Assembly: GCA_044892505.1 (NCBI GenBank)
Contig: CM097883.1
Span: forward strand, 186,062,001-186,126,000
Direction: 5' to 3'
From: Schmidtea nova
Lineage: Eukaryota
DNA length: 64,000 nt
Below the pieces are notes generated by a model. That model searched no databases and was not told the origin of the DNA. It saw only the letters and a list, made by a program, of their open reading frames with translations. The position numbers were made by a program, and so were the translations under genes. Of the stretch, positions 63,156-64,000 are shown piece after piece; the first letter of the stretch is position 1, and each line of letters begins with the position of its first letter.

Positions 63156-64000
63156 GCATATAAGTCCCCAACGAATAAACCTATAAGGAGCGTCTCATGA
63201 TTTTATTTTTTCTTTATTTTGCATGTTTTTTGGATTTATATCTTATAAATTCTTTGTCGTCGAGAGAAATTCTCTGTGTCTTTGCTTCGGGTCTAAACAT
63301 ATTTTCTTGTCGTTTCTTTGGAGAGATTTGATTGTCCAAATTGGTTGTGCTGGTATCATCGCGAATATCAGTTGCTGGTGTCAGTAGAGATACGCTGATT
63401 GCTTCTTTAAAGACATTGGGAACTGAATAACGTCATTGTATCAGTTACAAAAGCCTGAATTGTTGACTCTTTATTCACAAAATCTTTTCTGTGAACAAAG
63501 AATGAGGTTTGAAAAGTTCGACATTGTTTAAAATTAAAAATTCAGATTTTAAGTCAATATTTAAAATGTAATTTCGTACAAGCTGAAGTTCCGAAATGTT
63601 TGGGTTTGAATCTACTCTCAGTTTACTAAATCTGCCGGCTTAGAAGGTGATGTTCGCGACAGGAGTTGTGATGGATTGCCTCTTGTAACATTTGAAAAGT
63701 TTTTACTACAACCAAGTAAGGCAAACCGGAGAAATTTGGTATAATTGGAGTTTTTTCACCTAATGTTTAAGGATGCCTTTCGAGTTCAGTGAAAACGCTT
63801 GATCATACCGTGTGATTGTGGATGATAAACTATGCTGTGGATGTATTTGATGACTAATTTATCTATGAAAGAATTGAAAAAAAGATATTACCATTTTCTT
63901 CTCTGTCTGTAATGAAAGATCTCAGTACACCGTATTGAGCGATTCATTCTCGTAACACTGTCGATGCGACCGTGTCTGCTGAAATGAATTTGATAAGATT
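63156..64000 (-). pseudogene. Degenerate integrase and 3' end of a CsRn1-type element related to 52304-59988
   Basis: ISADTVASTVLRE*IAQYGVLRSFITDR...YHPQSHGMIKRFH parallels the intact integrase; ends in ttggggac-ttatatgc. Confidence 0.75.

Noticed and set aside
1-64000. tRNA or rRNA genes
   Set aside because: No cloverleaf, A/B-box or rRNA-like sequence recognised.

Overview
AT-rich eukaryotic (invertebrate-like) assembly window with N-gaps and short 44-75 nt GT-AG introns; species cannot be determined from sequence. It is dominated by transposable elements. (1) 1-8.6 kb: a decayed, minus-strand large Ty3/gypsy-like element (RT, protease, gag remnants) with accessory ORFs (IAP-type RING, coiled coil, chromo-like), a remnant resembling a class III (gB/chuvirus-type) envelope glycoprotein, and a ~250-nt block present in two diverged inverted copies whose differences are compensatory base pairs. 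(2) 15255-19883: a compact, young Ty3/gypsy element with 121-bp LTRs, PBS, PPT, 5-bp TSD and a -1 frameshift signal. (3) 20-51 kb: MITEs and remnants of hAT, pogo, piggyBac, Harbinger and Penelope elements around a spliced host WD40 gene (35968-43123, minus) that has a TPR ORF nested in one intron. (4) 52304-59988, the most striking feature: a CsRn1-type Ty3/gypsy element bounded by ~260-bp direct repeats. Its leader carries an intronless, truncated O-GlcNAc transferase (OGT) fragment, preceded by an FxFG-rich segment and fused in frame to a ubiquitin-like domain that heads Gag. A 63-nt deletion in the OGT part fits removal of a cryptic GT-AG intron, suggesting RNA-mediated gene capture. All alignments were done by eye; no database searches were run.
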